Assembly: GCA_002811645.1 (NCBI GenBank) | Contig: PDIP01000047.1 | Location: 5,861-69,860, forward strand | Origin: Corallochytrium limacisporum Hawaii | Taxonomy: Eukaryota > Protista > Pluriformea | DNA length: 64,000 nt | Direction of reading: 5' to 3' | Part shown: piece after piece, positions 22,046 through 33,899 of the stretch | How the letters are laid out: every line of letters begins with the position of its first letter | How positions within the stretch are numbered: the stretch's first letter is position 1 | Made by a program: the position numbers and the translations under genes | The notes under the pieces: generated by a model | The model's input: only the letters and a program-made list of their open reading frames with translations | Database searches by the model: none | Told to the model about the DNA's origin: nothing

Positions 22046-22843
22046 TCATCCAACAATGGTACCAGGTGGGAAGTAGGATACACCGAACTCCGTACTCTTG
22101 AAGTGGAGATGGCGCGGCCCCAGCAAACTGTCCACAGTGCTGCTTTGAATGTCCCTCGAGCTAGGTCGCTGAGCTGTGATCGCTTCCATGGCTTTGCCAA
22201 CTCCAAAGCGAACAATGAGCTCGCCATGTATAGCTTTTGAAATGCCAGACTTCAGTGGTCGCTCATCAACGGTGAGGTCGGCCATGGAGTGCAGCTCGTC
22301 TGCTAAGGCAGAGTCCTTGATGAGAACCACAGTATATCCATTCCGCTGTTCTGCACACGCCTGCGCGTGCAAAACCAAGTGTTGAATAGCTCCTTGGTCA
22401 GGTGTAAGATATTGCAGCACTGTGAGATCATCGATGAAGACACAAAGTCGTTCGCACACCCCTTCATCACTCGCTTCATCCAATTGGGAAATGCACCTTT
22501 GCAGGTCTGCTAAGCAGTCATCAATTGTCCAAGGTTTGGGTGTGAGATCTCCGGACGAGGTGCACACGTCACGATACGGGGACACAACTCGAAAGCGTCC
22601 TTTTCCTTCCAGATCCCGAAGGTTCAAACCATATTTGGCAGCGATTACTCGATAGTGAGCGTCACTGTTTAGCAGCGATATCAATACCACGTTACATTTG
22701 TCCTTCAATGCTTGACAGAGCGAGCTGGCAATCATGAAGCTAGCTTCTCCGCCATTTAATTCACGGACAAGCATTAACTCTCCACCCTTTAGCAAAGGTG
22801 AGTTGCCTGCTAACCCGAGGGCCTCGTCTAGTCTGCTGAACAT
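22046..22843 (-). CDS. ELP6: Elongator complex protein 6
   Basis: RecA-like inactive ATPase: ASFMI, HYRVIAAKYGLNL, VFIDDL, PLKSGISKAIHGEL, C-terminal LHFK...VSYFPPG. Confidence 0.85.
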   Translation of the reverse strand: MFSRLDEALGLAGNSPLLKGGELMLVRELNGGEASFMIASSLCQALKDKCNVVLISLLNSDAHYRVIAAKYGLNLRDLEGKGRFRVVSPYRDVCTSSGDLTPKPWTIDDCLADLQRCISQLDEASDEGVCERLCVFIDDLTVLQYLTPDQGAIQHLVLHAQACAEQRNGYTVVLIKDSALADELHSMADLTVDERPLKSGISKAIHGELIVRFGVGKAMEAITAQRPSSRDIQSSTVDSLLGPRHLHFKSTEFGVSYFPPGTIVG

Positions 22844-24722
22844 CAGCCTATATATCTATGTCAACCCGGCCAGTTTGAAGAGCACAGCCTCTTCGGTGTT
22901 GGTACACAATCTACACATAGTCTTGATTGTCCTATTAAACTACCATCTCTACCTCTGAATTCCACCTAAAGACAAGAATCTCCGACACCCATGTCATCAA
23001 ATGCGAGTGCAAGCCACCGGCCACGAGTCTCTCAGGGCGGGGTGCATTGCTGCTGGTCCTCTTTTCACATCCGGAGCCTGCGCTAAAGTCCACTCCAAGG
23101 TTTCATGCCTTTGTGTTTTGGCCACCGCTCCATCCTTTGGCCGGTTTGCTGATGATGACGAATCTCTTGAACCGGTGGGTCTATAGACAATGTACTGTCA
23201 CCTGGGCTCGAGAGAAAATTGTGAGCGGCCGGTACGGTCCTTTCGAAACACCTCCGTTTTCAAAATTGCTGCTTGCGGCAAGCCTGGAAGGACAAGCCAA
23301 CCTACCCGCACAAGAGGTCATTGACCCAAACGAAAAGTCTCTAAACAAAAGAAGGAAAACTTCGCAGCACATTCAGTAGTGCAGCGACTTGACCTTCCTT
23401 TTCGGTTCCGTTCAGCACCATCTCCGTATTCTGCAGCCCCCCCCCCTTCTCCTCGGCGTCTCATCAGAAAGAGTGCGCAACGCGCCGCCGCGGACCCTCC
23501 TCACCCACCGCACCAGGCAAAAGGGGGATATAGGGGGGGGGAGACACCAAGCCCCGAACGAACGCGACAGTGCCGTGCCCAAAATGAAGAAAGAAAAGGT
23601 GGCAAAGGAAAATCGAGGGGTGCAGAATTGGCTTCGTACAATTTTCAAACTCTCGCTCCTCCTTCCCCCCTTCTCTTTCCCCGCGCCCCCTCCTGCGGAA
23701 GAAGACAGGGGGCCCCCCTTTTTCTCCCCCTCCCCAGCCCCAGGTCGATCCTCTCGTTTCCTGACTTTTCCCAATACCTTTTCCGCCCCCCATTTCGGTC
23801 GCCTTATCTTCAGTATGGAAAATGACGTTCAAACCCTTACCCGCCCCGTCCCCCTTCCCGGGTGCGGTATTTAATTCCGGTCGATTCCATACTTTGCTTC
23901 CAACACATATGTTTTGTACGCGTCGGTGGGGCATGGCGCACTCACCCTATCTCCCTGTCGCTCCTCGGTTTTTATTTCCTGTGCGTGGCGTTCGGAAACA
24001 CTGAATTGGCAGAAGGAAAAACCCAGCAGCGGCGGTGGTTTGTGGTAGAGTCTTAAAACCGGGTTTCCCCGTTCGCTCTCCATCAACGCCGACCGTGGAG
24101 GAGCGGGCCCCCGGGGGGAGGGATGTGGGGGGAGGGCAGCGTACGTGAAGAAAAAAGGGTAAGTGATGGAACGTCCGACCACTGTTGGCAGTTAATAATA
24201 GGGATAGATAGGGAGTTGGAGTTGAGTCCTTTAATATCATCGAAGAGAGGGGGGGGACCTAGGGGCGGGTGGATTCCGAGGGGGTTGCAACTGCTACCCG
24301 ACGGTCACAACACAGTTGGCGAATTCCACTGGCTTTCGATCATTGCACTGAATCGTGGCACAGCTCGAGGGAGTGATCAATGTACGGCCGAGACTACACC
24401 TGATCGAGACCGAACGGTTAATAGAGTGAGATTGCTTCCAGCTCTTACAAAGGAAAGAAATGAACTACGAACAATGCCCCGCCAACCGTTTGAAGGTTCT
24501 TCAGAGGATCGAATGGTTTGCATTGTAATAACGCCTCAATGTGCTGACATCAGCAATTTATTAGCAACGAACGTGTCCTCACTATCGGGACGCGTGAGCA
24601 TGGGCAAGTGACTGTAGTATTTGCGCATCAGAATACACTTCAAGATGTAATGGGTTCCAAGTCAGTCGAAACAGAGATACTCGTCGCAGATCTATATCTC
24701 GAGAAAGCAAGAGTTGAGCACA

Positions 24723-27494
24723 ATGAGCGCGAGTCAACTCATCTTACCGGTAGAAACCCGGGCGAACACAGGACACATTTGTGGATTTTGCCGAGACGTT
24801 GTGGCTGAGCTACAAGGTATGGGTACCAGCCCCGTGGAGCACCCTCCTCCGCCGAATCCGGCTGCGTCAGATCACATGCCGGTGTCTGCACACGGCCTTA
24901 GCGATAGTGTCAGTCAGTCGACCCGCAGCAGAGAATCCAGCATGTCCTCTGCACGGAAACGCACTCTGAGTATGAATAGTGAAGCGTCTACTGTAGAGGA
25001 GCAGGGCCCTGCGAAATTACAGGAAGCTTGCCTATATCACCTGGCACGGATCGTTGGCGAATCGGCGATGCCTATGGAGGCTATGGACTACATGGAAACA
25101 GAAGACCGCGAAGAGATGGACTCTCTGGTGCAAAGGAGCTTGGGTGGAAAGCTTCGGGAGATTTTCGTCAACGCGGAAATTGCGCAGGCCATCTTTGATC
25201 ATTTGAGTGAGTCGGGTATGCTTAATGCATCAATTATTACGCACGCATTTATTCCAGAGAACTGCTCACTGCATCGTGTGCAGATGATGGCCACGGGACT
25301 GAATCATGCAGCTCTGCGCACCATCTGTTCCCATCCACTGACGACTCTCTGTTTGCCATTGCCGTCTCCTGGTTTCCCCAAGTTCGATGGTGCGTTCGCT
25401 TTGCAGGCCATGGTCGAGACGCGCGTGACTCTCCGCCACTTGTGCCTTGCCGGCTGCAGGCATATTCCTACCGACGCATTCGAATCCATTCAAGGGTTGA
25501 GCAATTTAGTTTACCTAGACCTCAGTGGAACTCAGGTGGATGTTCGACAAATCCACAATCTGCCACATTTGCAGCACCTAAATCTGAATGCTGTTACAAT
25601 TAATGAGAGCAGCCACCTCTTTGGCCTTGCACATAGGTGGACCAGACCACAGCTGAAAACCCTCAGTCTGGCAAATACCTGGATCCACACCCAGATGTGG
25701 AAGTCTATTGAAGAATTCACCGGTTTAGAAATGCTCGATGTGACGGGGTCCGATGTGACCGTCTCCTTGATGTCCACCGTGATTTCTCGCGCGTTGCCAA
25801 ACCTCAGATGGCTGGCCCTCAATGGCATCGGCATCGAAGATGAGCATTTCCAGGCCATTGCCAACGGATGCCCCAAACTGCAGTTCGCGGGCTTGTGTCT
25901 AACGAGCATGAAGAGACCTTTTGTACGTGATGGTCTTGTTGTTGCTGGCCACAATTCCCTGCAGGAAATAAGAGCGGCCTTGGAAGTCTATCCCGCCGCT
26001 GCAGATTTCTGCTTTAATGCTCTGCGGCATCTGTTCTTCATGTACCGGAGCCAGCCTCCAGAGACGGATCAAGGTGATGCGATGCGTGTTCTTCAGGCCA
26101 TGCGCATTCACTTCCACAACACCACAGTAATGGTGGCTGCTAGTGCAAGCATGTTCCACTTGACGCGTCAAGGTATGGATGGCCAGGATCCGGAGGTTCG
26201 GAGGGCTGTGCTGGAGCTGCTCGTGGAAGGAATGCAGTATCATGCAGGAAACCTGCAGTTCCAGAAGAATGCATGCCTCACATTGTACAACTTTATGATT
26301 TCTGGAGAGCTTGAATACTGCTACGAGCAACTTGCAAAGTTACTTATGGTAGCGGCTTTCAAGTTTAGTGATGTGGCAATCATTCGCATCAGCTTGAACT
26401 TGGTAAACTCTCTGGTGTGTCTCGGAGGACATCACAAACTAGTCATTGGACGAAGTGGCGTGATAGTTGATGTTCTGTGGTTGATCAATGACCGTATGCG
26501 CACGCCTGGTCTAGCTAGCGTCCTGGAGACCGCATGGAGTATGTTGTGGAACATCACCGATGAAACACCAGAGAATTGTCATCTCTTCTTCAATGCCAAT
26601 GGTATGGATAGCTTAATGGCTTGTATCCAGTCCTATCCCAGCGCAGAAACCATGATCCGCAATATGCTTGGCCTCTTAGGAAACATTGCCGAGGTCCCTG
26701 AACTGCGCCTGCGCCTCCTCACGAGTCCAGTCATGCCCAATCTTCGTGAGTATCTGGAATCTGCATTCGATGGAATCGAAGTGTCCTACAATGCGTGCGG
26801 CATTCTGGCCAATCTCATGATGTTAAGTGATGATGAATGGCGCGACAATGGCTACTCCAAATCCGATGTGGCTGTTGATATGTACAAAGCCATTCGCCGC
26901 TGGCCCATTCTGCAGCACCGCAGTATCAACTACCGCTCCCTACTACCCATTCTGACCTTATGCCGCAGCGAGCAGCTGGCGGTGGCAACTTGGGCGCACT
27001 GGGCCATTGCCAACCTGTGCAGTGTGTACCCTTTCAAGTATTGTGAGATCTTTTTGCGTGAGGCTGGGCGCGGTGATGGCACCATTGAGGGTGCATTTGC
27101 AGAATGGGTTGACCCATCTAGTCCTGGCAATCACGCCATGAACATGGCTGCAATGTCAGTGTCAGATACATTGGCTGCTGTGCAGAACGCGCGGGAGATA
27201 GAGAGTAGTACAACCTCGTCGAACGGATCAGGCTCGAATCGCCGGTCTTCGCAGCGGAGTACCTATCCGTTCGCAGGGCCTGAACAACTTGAAGGCAACG
27301 AGCAGTCGAATAACATGGCCAAGAAGATCCTCGAGGAGGACATGGGCAGCAGTATGCCGGACGAGACACAGCAAGATCGGATGAAGCATATGGCGAGACT
27401 GTGCTTAGCGCTGCGCAAGATTGTGGCTCATATGTGTTCATCTTATTTAAATGGAGAGCTTCAATGGCAAGAGGATCCCATGCCTTTGCTTTAA
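24723..27494 (+). CDS. ZER1: ZER1/ZYG11-family CRL2 substrate receptor (BC/VHL box, LRR, ARM repeats)
   Basis: BC-box-like PAKLQEACLYHL, LRRs, then WSMLWNITDETPENC, RNMLGLLGNIAEV, DGIEVSYNACGIL, INYRS and YPFKYC motifs characteristic of ZER1. Confidence 0.9.
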   Translation: MSASQLILPVETRANTGHICGFCRDVVAELQGMGTSPVEHPPPPNPAASDHMPVSAHGLSDSVSQSTRSRESSMSSARKRTLSMNSEASTVEEQGPAKLQEACLYHLARIVGESAMPMEAMDYMETEDREEMDSLVQRSLGGKLREIFVNAEIAQAIFDHLSESGMLNASIITHAFIPENCSLHRVQMMATGLNHAALRTICSHPLTTLCLPLPSPGFPKFDGAFALQAMVETRVTLRHLCLAGCRHIPTDAFESIQGLSNLVYLDLSGTQVDVRQIHNLPHLQHLNLNAVTINESSHLFGLAHRWTRPQLKTLSLANTWIHTQMWKSIEEFTGLEMLDVTGSDVTVSLMSTVISRALPNLRWLALNGIGIEDEHFQAIANGCPKLQFAGLCLTSMKRPFVRDGLVVAGHNSLQEIRAALEVYPAAADFCFNALRHLFFMYRSQPPETDQGDAMRVLQAMRIHFHNTTVMVAASASMFHLTRQGMDGQDPEVRRAVLELLVEGMQYHAGNLQFQKNACLTLYNFMISGELEYCYEQLAKLLMVAAFKFSDVAIIRISLNLVNSLVCLGGHHKLVIGRSGVIVDVLWLINDRMRTPGLASVLETAWSMLWNITDETPENCHLFFNANGMDSLMACIQSYPSAETMIRNMLGLLGNIAEVPELRLRLLTSPVMPNLREYLESAFDGIEVSYNACGILANLMMLSDDEWRDNGYSKSDVAVDMYKAIRRWPILQHRSINYRSLLPILTLCRSEQLAVATWAHWAIANLCSVYPFKYCEIFLREAGRGDGTIEGAFAEWVDPSSPGNHAMNMAAMSVSDTLAAVQNAREIESSTTSSNGSGSNRRSSQRSTYPFAGPEQLEGNEQSNNMAKKILEEDMGSSMPDETQQDRMKHMARLCLALRKIVAHMCSSYLNGELQWQEDPMPLL

Positions 27495-27546
27495 ATGTTT
27501 TAGATATTGAACAAATCCTCTCTATTGTGCCTTGTTTCGGGCGGCT

Positions 27547-30100
27547 TTACTCGTTGTCGTTGGATTTCAGGATTGAGCTGCGGAAGATTTCGGACATAAT
27601 CTTGGGTAGGTCTTGAGTGTTCATGCACACAAAGGCGCGGCCAGTGGGCAACGAACGGCGCAGTTTCTCAGCCTGGTCACCAATAGTACCAATGAAGATG
27701 ACTACAGCGTTCACCTTAGATTCCGAGTCCATGATTTTGGTAAGCTGTTGAGGGTGGATGCCGTAGCGGTCTAGGTTGGCATCTGAGATAAGGCACACAA
27801 AGGATTCATCTGCCTCTTTCTGTGCCATCTCGTTGATGGATTGTTTTAGAGCCTCAACTGTATGATCACCGCTCATGCAGAACTGGGAATGTGCCTGCAT
27901 CTCTAAGAGGACGTCCATCCTATCTTTCTTGTTCTTGGGCTCCTTTCCTTCAGGCACGAGGGGGATACTCGGGCTGTCGCCGCTGTGCCCAACAATCTCG
28001 TATTTGAATCGGTCACCAGTATCTTGTAGAGACTCCATGACCATCAAAGCCGTTTCCATTGCACGGGACAATCGGTTATCCATACCGTTGAAGCGGTACA
28101 TGGAGCCAGAGCAGTCCATGACCAGGCGCATACGCTTCGGATGTTTCATGGTTACGCCGAACTCGGGCTGCTCATACCCACGCCGCTTGTAGATGCTGGA
28201 CTCTCCGGTCAGACCTTCGATCAAGCGGTTATCATCAAGGTCACCATCACTCTGGTTCTTGAGCCACACGCGATCCTGACCCTTGGCTTGCAGGGCCTGT
28301 ACGATGGCACGCAGCTCCTTAGTTTGCTTCTTGATGCCTTCAGCAAATTGTTCGTACTGGCGATTGTCAAAATCGCTCATCTTGATCTCCTTAAGCCGAT
28401 CGGCCAAGGCCTTTTCGCCCATGGCGCGGGCTGCGCGGGCCACCTCTTCAGGCACCTGCGCCTTCTCTTCATCAGAGAGCTGGTATACATCGTGACCAAG
28501 ATCCAGACGATAAGGACCACCCTTGCCACCGAGACCGGCAGTGTCACGACCTCCCGTGCCACCCGCCCATTGGTTGCCCCCAACGTGCGGCTTATTCTCC
28601 TTATCGACCTTGCCGTGTTTCGGGTCTTTCACATCCAGGCCAGAGTTACGATCGTGCTCTATGCGCAGCTTGCCATTCTCCTGCATCATCTTTTCCGGGT
28701 TGCCCATCATTTGCTGCCACTGCTCCAGGCTTAGCTGGAGGTTGGGCACGTAAGTTTGCCAGCAGCGGATATGACCATCGATATCAACAGTGGCAAGGTT
28801 GCCGCTGGCTAATCCAAGCATGTGGATCACAGGCACCTCACGGGCGAGTGCACGGGCGTAATAAGGCCGGTCTACAGGGGGACCACGCGGGACGGCAATG
28901 GTCTTGGTAGTAATGCGCACTAGATCGTTGACTTCCATGGCGCAGACATACGCATGTTTCTGGGACACCACATCTTCGACTTCAGCGCTGACGCGATGGA
29001 CAACCTGGTTCGTCTTGGACATGAACAGGGAGGAGTGCGGGTCCATCTCGATGCGGCCTGAACGGGGAATGGAGTGCAGTTCCACTTTCTCATTACTGAA
29101 GAGACGCTGCGGCATGCCCTGTGCAATGTAGGCGTAGGAATCCGCAGTGGCAAAGGTTTGCACATCAGGGACATTGACTGTGGCTTGCATATCGATCTCA
29201 CCATTCGGAAGACGGGAAAGTTGCAGAGCCGTGGTGCTCATCTGTCCAGAGCTCAGGGCGGAGTACATCTCCTCGTTGGGGAAACCTTCCAAGAGCTGCA
29301 AAACCTCAGGAACACTTGTCAGGCTTTCGTCATCACGGCGGCGATGGAACAACCAGTGTTGATTCTCAGTGTCCCGAATCACCATGTGACCCTGATCAAG
29401 GCAGTCAATGCGTTCAGCAGCAAACGGGAGGGTCATGGAGTATGTGGCACCCTCGGTGAGGTCGACTACTGCCAATTCCTTACTGAACTGGCTATAGATC
29501 ATGAGGGATCCAGATCCGGGGACAGGTTTGGCTGTGAACACCGGTTCGTCCGAATTGTGGCGACCAAAGGCAGCGTTAAAGTGGGAAGCAGCCTCATTGA
29601 AGACCCCCTGGCTCACCGAACAACGGCGCATTGTGCCGGCACTGGTGTCCAGGAGAAGAAGGGAGTTTTCTTCCGCGTCGTGGATGCAAATGTGGTTGCT
29701 CATAATCCCGTCCGGGGCCACCAACCTGAGTGACGGAATGAAGAACGGCGAAGAATGAGGGAAGAAGTCTTGTAGAGAGTAGGTGGTGAGTTCGCGATGC
29801 TTGTCATTTATCTGCCACAAGGTGACAGGCTGGCCGCCGAGCACATAGAAGGCATCTGTAGCCGACGATGACGCCGCGCTGAGTGGCAGATTGGTGTTGT
29901 CGAAGGGTAGGGACCAGCGGTACATTTCTTCAGCAAAACCGACACCACGGCAGTCTTGGCGGTCAATCTCAGAGGAGGTTTGGCTGACCAAGACCGGCTG
30001 GCTCATCTCCAAAGGCTTCTTGATGGCCGGTACCTTAAAGCTACGGGCCATGGGGCTCAGAGAGACAGTGCCCACTCGAATAGTTGCGGGAAGGTTACGC
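27547..30100 (-). CDS. VWA8: VWA8 exon 2: middle region and C-terminal vWA domain
   Basis: PKHGKVD..PHVGGNQWAGGTGGRDTAGLGGKGGPYRLD, MIDAS motif DCSGSMYRFN, VGHSGD, SGDHT, SDANLDRYGI. Confidence 0.95.
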
Positions 30101-30636
30101 CTGTGATGAGGAAAAACAATCGGCACAAAGCGAGCAGAGTCGAGTTAGTAAAATCTACCGCGAAAGACCAGAGTGGCTTGATCGCCAATTACATCGACTA
30201 CACTTAAACTTGACTATATCACAGAGGTGAACAATCATGTACACAACTGGAAGACAATACCATGACAAAGATGACAGTGATGGAGGTCTCGAGAGAACTG
30301 ATGCCATAAGTGATCGGGAATGCTTGCTTTGCGTCAATGAGGGATTGTCAGTCTGCGGATGTGCTCGATGATAAGTGAACATGTCCCTGTTCCCGATAAC
30401 TGTGGCAACCCCGTTCTCATCTTTACACCCACCTGTCAATGAATCCTTGTCATCGGCTGTCCTCCTGCTGCAGTCCTTACGACGTTCACATCCTGTGACC
30501 TTCGCTCTATTCATGAAATTCATATGATAAGCAGCACCGCAAACTTTTTCCGTCCCGTGCATCCCCGAAGGCATCAGAGGTCTCCGTCCAGTTGAATGCT
30601 GTGTAGCGATTTTGCAAAGGAACAATAAATACTTAC
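30101..30636 (-). other. 536-nt spliceosomal (U2-type) intron, phase 2, in VWA8
   Basis: 5'SS GTAAGT (30636-30631), branch point TACTAAC (30150-30144), pyrimidine-rich tract, CAG acceptor ending at 30101. Splicing joins ...LAPE-RNLPAT... in frame (3263+2554 = 5817 nt, 1938 aa). Confidence 0.93.
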
Positions 30637-33600
30637 TCAGGTGCCAGACTAATGTCGTTGGCAGTGGCAACCAAAGGAATGCCATGTTTTACCAGTGTCG
30701 AAATGAATACTTCACGGACGTCCTTGTCGTATGCATCAAAGTCAAATACATTGCGCATGACGACGCCGACGTTCTCGTCGGGAAACTCTTGCAAATGCCG
30801 GACGACATTCACCAGCTCACGAGTACTGTAAGGATACTGTAGGCTTCCCTCGTCCACCATCTTGCGAAGGTCGTCGAATGCCAGGCTGAGTTTCTCTAGG
30901 ATGTGAGTAGGCACGTTGGGACCATACTTCTTCAGCATGCTTATCTCAGACGCCAGATCTGGGTTGTCAACAGCGTGGCAACTAAAGATGTCACCCATGG
31001 CCGCAAAGAAATCGTTACCCAGGAAGGGGAAACCAGGGCGGTTTGCCAAAATGAACATGCGGAACTCAGGATGAATGCGAATAACGCCGTGCTCTGGCTC
31101 GGTTTGATCTGTGTTGTGGAATGCATGACTTGCATAGATCTTGCGACCATCACTCAGCAGCATTTCTCCAGACTCGACCAGAGTCTTCAAAATGCAGGTC
31201 ACGTTCGTGGGGGCTTTATCAGCTTCGTCCACGACCAGAATGTGTCCATACGTCACAGCGCGGACCAGTGCACTGTCCTCATATGTCAGAACACCATCCT
31301 TGACGCTGGGTTGAAGAGTCAGAGTTTGCACTGTGGTGTCACGATGAAGCTGAAGGTACTCACGGGGCTGGTTGAGAACCTGAAGGAAACGATCAACCAG
31401 CTTGTTCTTACCGACTCCCTGGTTTCCAATCAGCAGCAGGTGATCGCCAAGGTTGAAGTCCTGAAGCATTTCCTCGAGGACACGCATATGCTGGTCATTT
31501 TCGTAAAACAGGATATCTGGGACAAGGGCAGGGGCAGTATTCTGCCGGATCTCCCCAACAGTGCGACCAATCTTAGCATACTTCTTGCCATCCCGGTCCA
31601 CGTATTCAATGCTTGAAGAATGTCCTGCGTTGCCGCCCACAAATGCAGCTGCTTTCTCAGATCCTTTCTTAGTCGGAGCTGGAGTGATGTGCTGTTCCTC
31701 CAGAAGCTTCTCCAAAGACTCGCGGGCCATAGAGGGTAGGAAACGGCTCAAGCAAGCACGATGAATCGACGTGTACAACAGGCCCGCACCCTGGTCCTGG
31801 TATGACGCCAGGGCCTTGGATATGCGGATCAGCTGGCGAGTGGACAGAGACTGGCTGATGGAAGACAATGAAGGGTCCTGTGTCTGACGGATTTCCTGGA
31901 CAAAGTTCAAAAGCTTGTCGAGTTGCTTTTGAGGCACGTTCGGCACAGCTCCTTGTAGCACGACCTGTTCCTCAGAGATACTCAATGTGCGCATCTGGTG
32001 GTACATGAACATACTTAGAATCTCGCTACTCAACCAGCTTGTGCCACTACTCGATGGCGGCTCACTCAAAGCGACAATGCGGAACGACGGGTGAATCCTC
32101 ATAATTCCACGCTCGTTCATTCCCATATCATTCAGACCATATCGGTCTTTGATAGCTTCGTAGCGGTCCGGTCCCATCAGACGCTTACCCTCGAACAGAA
32201 CAAGTTCCCGATCTTGTACCAGTCGCTGCAAAACGGTGAAGGTACCGTGGTTGATACGGTGAATCCCGTCTAGAACACACAGAGAACCTTCCAGTGCAGA
32301 CATGACCAAGGGACTGTATCGCCAATAGGTGTCTCCATTGGGCTTTGTCGCACGCTGTTGTAGCAAATCACGAGCAGTCATGTCATTGTAGAGCATGACT
32401 GGTTCCACATTGTATCCCAAAGTTCCGGCGAAATGGTTGACCATTGCACTCTTACCACAACCGCGAGGCCCGATCACAGCAAAGTCGCCAACGGCATGGG
32501 TCATGATCATGTCTGCCATCATGCGCTGGTGGAAAGCGGTCTCAATGAATGGTTCTGCTGCAGGAGGGAAAGTAGAGTTAGGTCCACCTGGAACAGTGAT
32601 CCCAATGTCTTCGCCGCCCTTTTTGTTCTTGAAGACAACCTTAGCAGCGCGTTCCTCATTGCCAAGGCGCTGTACATCACCAATAAGATAAGATCCTTCG
32701 TTACGAGTGCTCAGACCCAGGGACTGGGCTGCACCCTCTACAATATCCCGGTCCTGCTGTCCAACAGTAGATTCAATGGGATACGAGAACCGTGCCAGTT
32801 GCAACGGGTCAACGGCCGGGAACTTCTTGGCAACTGTCGCCAGCAGGTCCATATTGTCCATCGGGAATTCGCTCATGCGTACCATTTGGCTCGTATCAGC
32901 AGCCTGGATGGCGCTGGCGAACTTCAGAGCACTCTCAACTGCCTCTGCACTCTTTGTACCCTGACCTCCAGCGACATTGTGGCACATCTCCAAAAGTTCA
33001 CCATAAGGTGGGGTCGTAATGTCGCGTGCCTGGAAGCGTGAGCGAAGTGGAGGATCAAGGGGGTTGCCACGGAAGCGGGGTACGGGCAGGCCCAAAGCAA
33101 TGACACGGAAACGCTCACTCACACGAACCAGCTTCATGGCTTCGAGTTCCTTGGGATCGTGATCTTCCAAAAGTTTGTCGAAACGTTCTGGAGCCACTAG
33201 GAAGCGACCGTCTTCGAGTCGCATCTCGCGGTTCTCCAGCAGGTTGTTGAGAATGGGCAGCACATTGCGCTCAGCCTTTTCAATGCCTTCAAGGATGAGT
33301 ACACGACCTTCCAGAGCAGCCTTCACTGCTGCCTGGTCCATATAGTAGGCAGTTGAGGAAATAATCTCACGGCGCTGCTTAATATCAGCCTCTGTGGTAT
33401 CTCTGCATAAGCTGATATACTCGACTTCACGTTGCGTCAGCTCACAGAATTTCAGAGCCAAACGTCGTCGGCGAGGGCCCGGAGGACCCACAAGGAAAAT
33501 ATCCTGGCCCAGTAGATCTTTCTGCATCATCCATCGGAGGTGCATCAAATCGGTCTGCTTTTCAGAGCCGCTGGCAGCCTCATTTTCAAGGTAACTAATA

Positions 33601-33899
33601 GGCGCCAGTTCAGGGTATTTTGGTTCACGAATCTCCAGGGTTACATCACCAATGGACACAGTGCGGGGTGGCTGTCCGTTGCCACCTGAACCACCGTTGG
33701 AACCACCGTTGGAACCACCGCCAGCTGCGGACATGCCGCCTGATGACGATGACAGCATTGCTGATCCCCCAATGACTCCACTACCTGCACCGACACCCGA
33801 AGACACATAGGCACGAGTAAGGTTCCCAGTGCTCATCAGCGGTCGCACCATTGCATTTTGGAGGCGTCGAACCACCCCAGCTGATGCTTGAGCTAGCAT
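30637..33899 (-). CDS. VWA8: VWA8 exon 1: mitochondrial presequence and MoxR/dynein-like AAA modules
   Basis: WMMQKDLLGQD, EGIEKAERNVLP, GPRGCGKS, GNQGVGKN, DEADKAP, YPYSTRE. Ends at CCT GA|GTAAGT. Confidence 0.95.
33688..33720 (-). repeat. 12-nt coding tandem repeat (GGSN, about 3 copies) in the VWA8 N-terminal linker
   Basis: gaaccaccgttg repeated on the + strand. Confidence 0.8.

Noticed and set aside
30155-30190. TPP riboswitch-like words (GCGAAAG, CTTGATC) in the VWA8 intron
   Set aside because: They are on the antisense strand and in the wrong order, and no CTGAGA element is present.
30155-30685. 176-aa alternative-frame ORF across the VWA8 intron (intron-encoded protein, intein or frameshift)
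   Set aside because: No endonuclease, RT or intein motifs, and it does not connect in frame to either exon.
27547-33899. VWA8 as two separate genes or a disrupted pseudogene
   Set aside because: Canonical GTAAGT/TACTAAC/CAG signals join the two ORFs in frame at the expected position.
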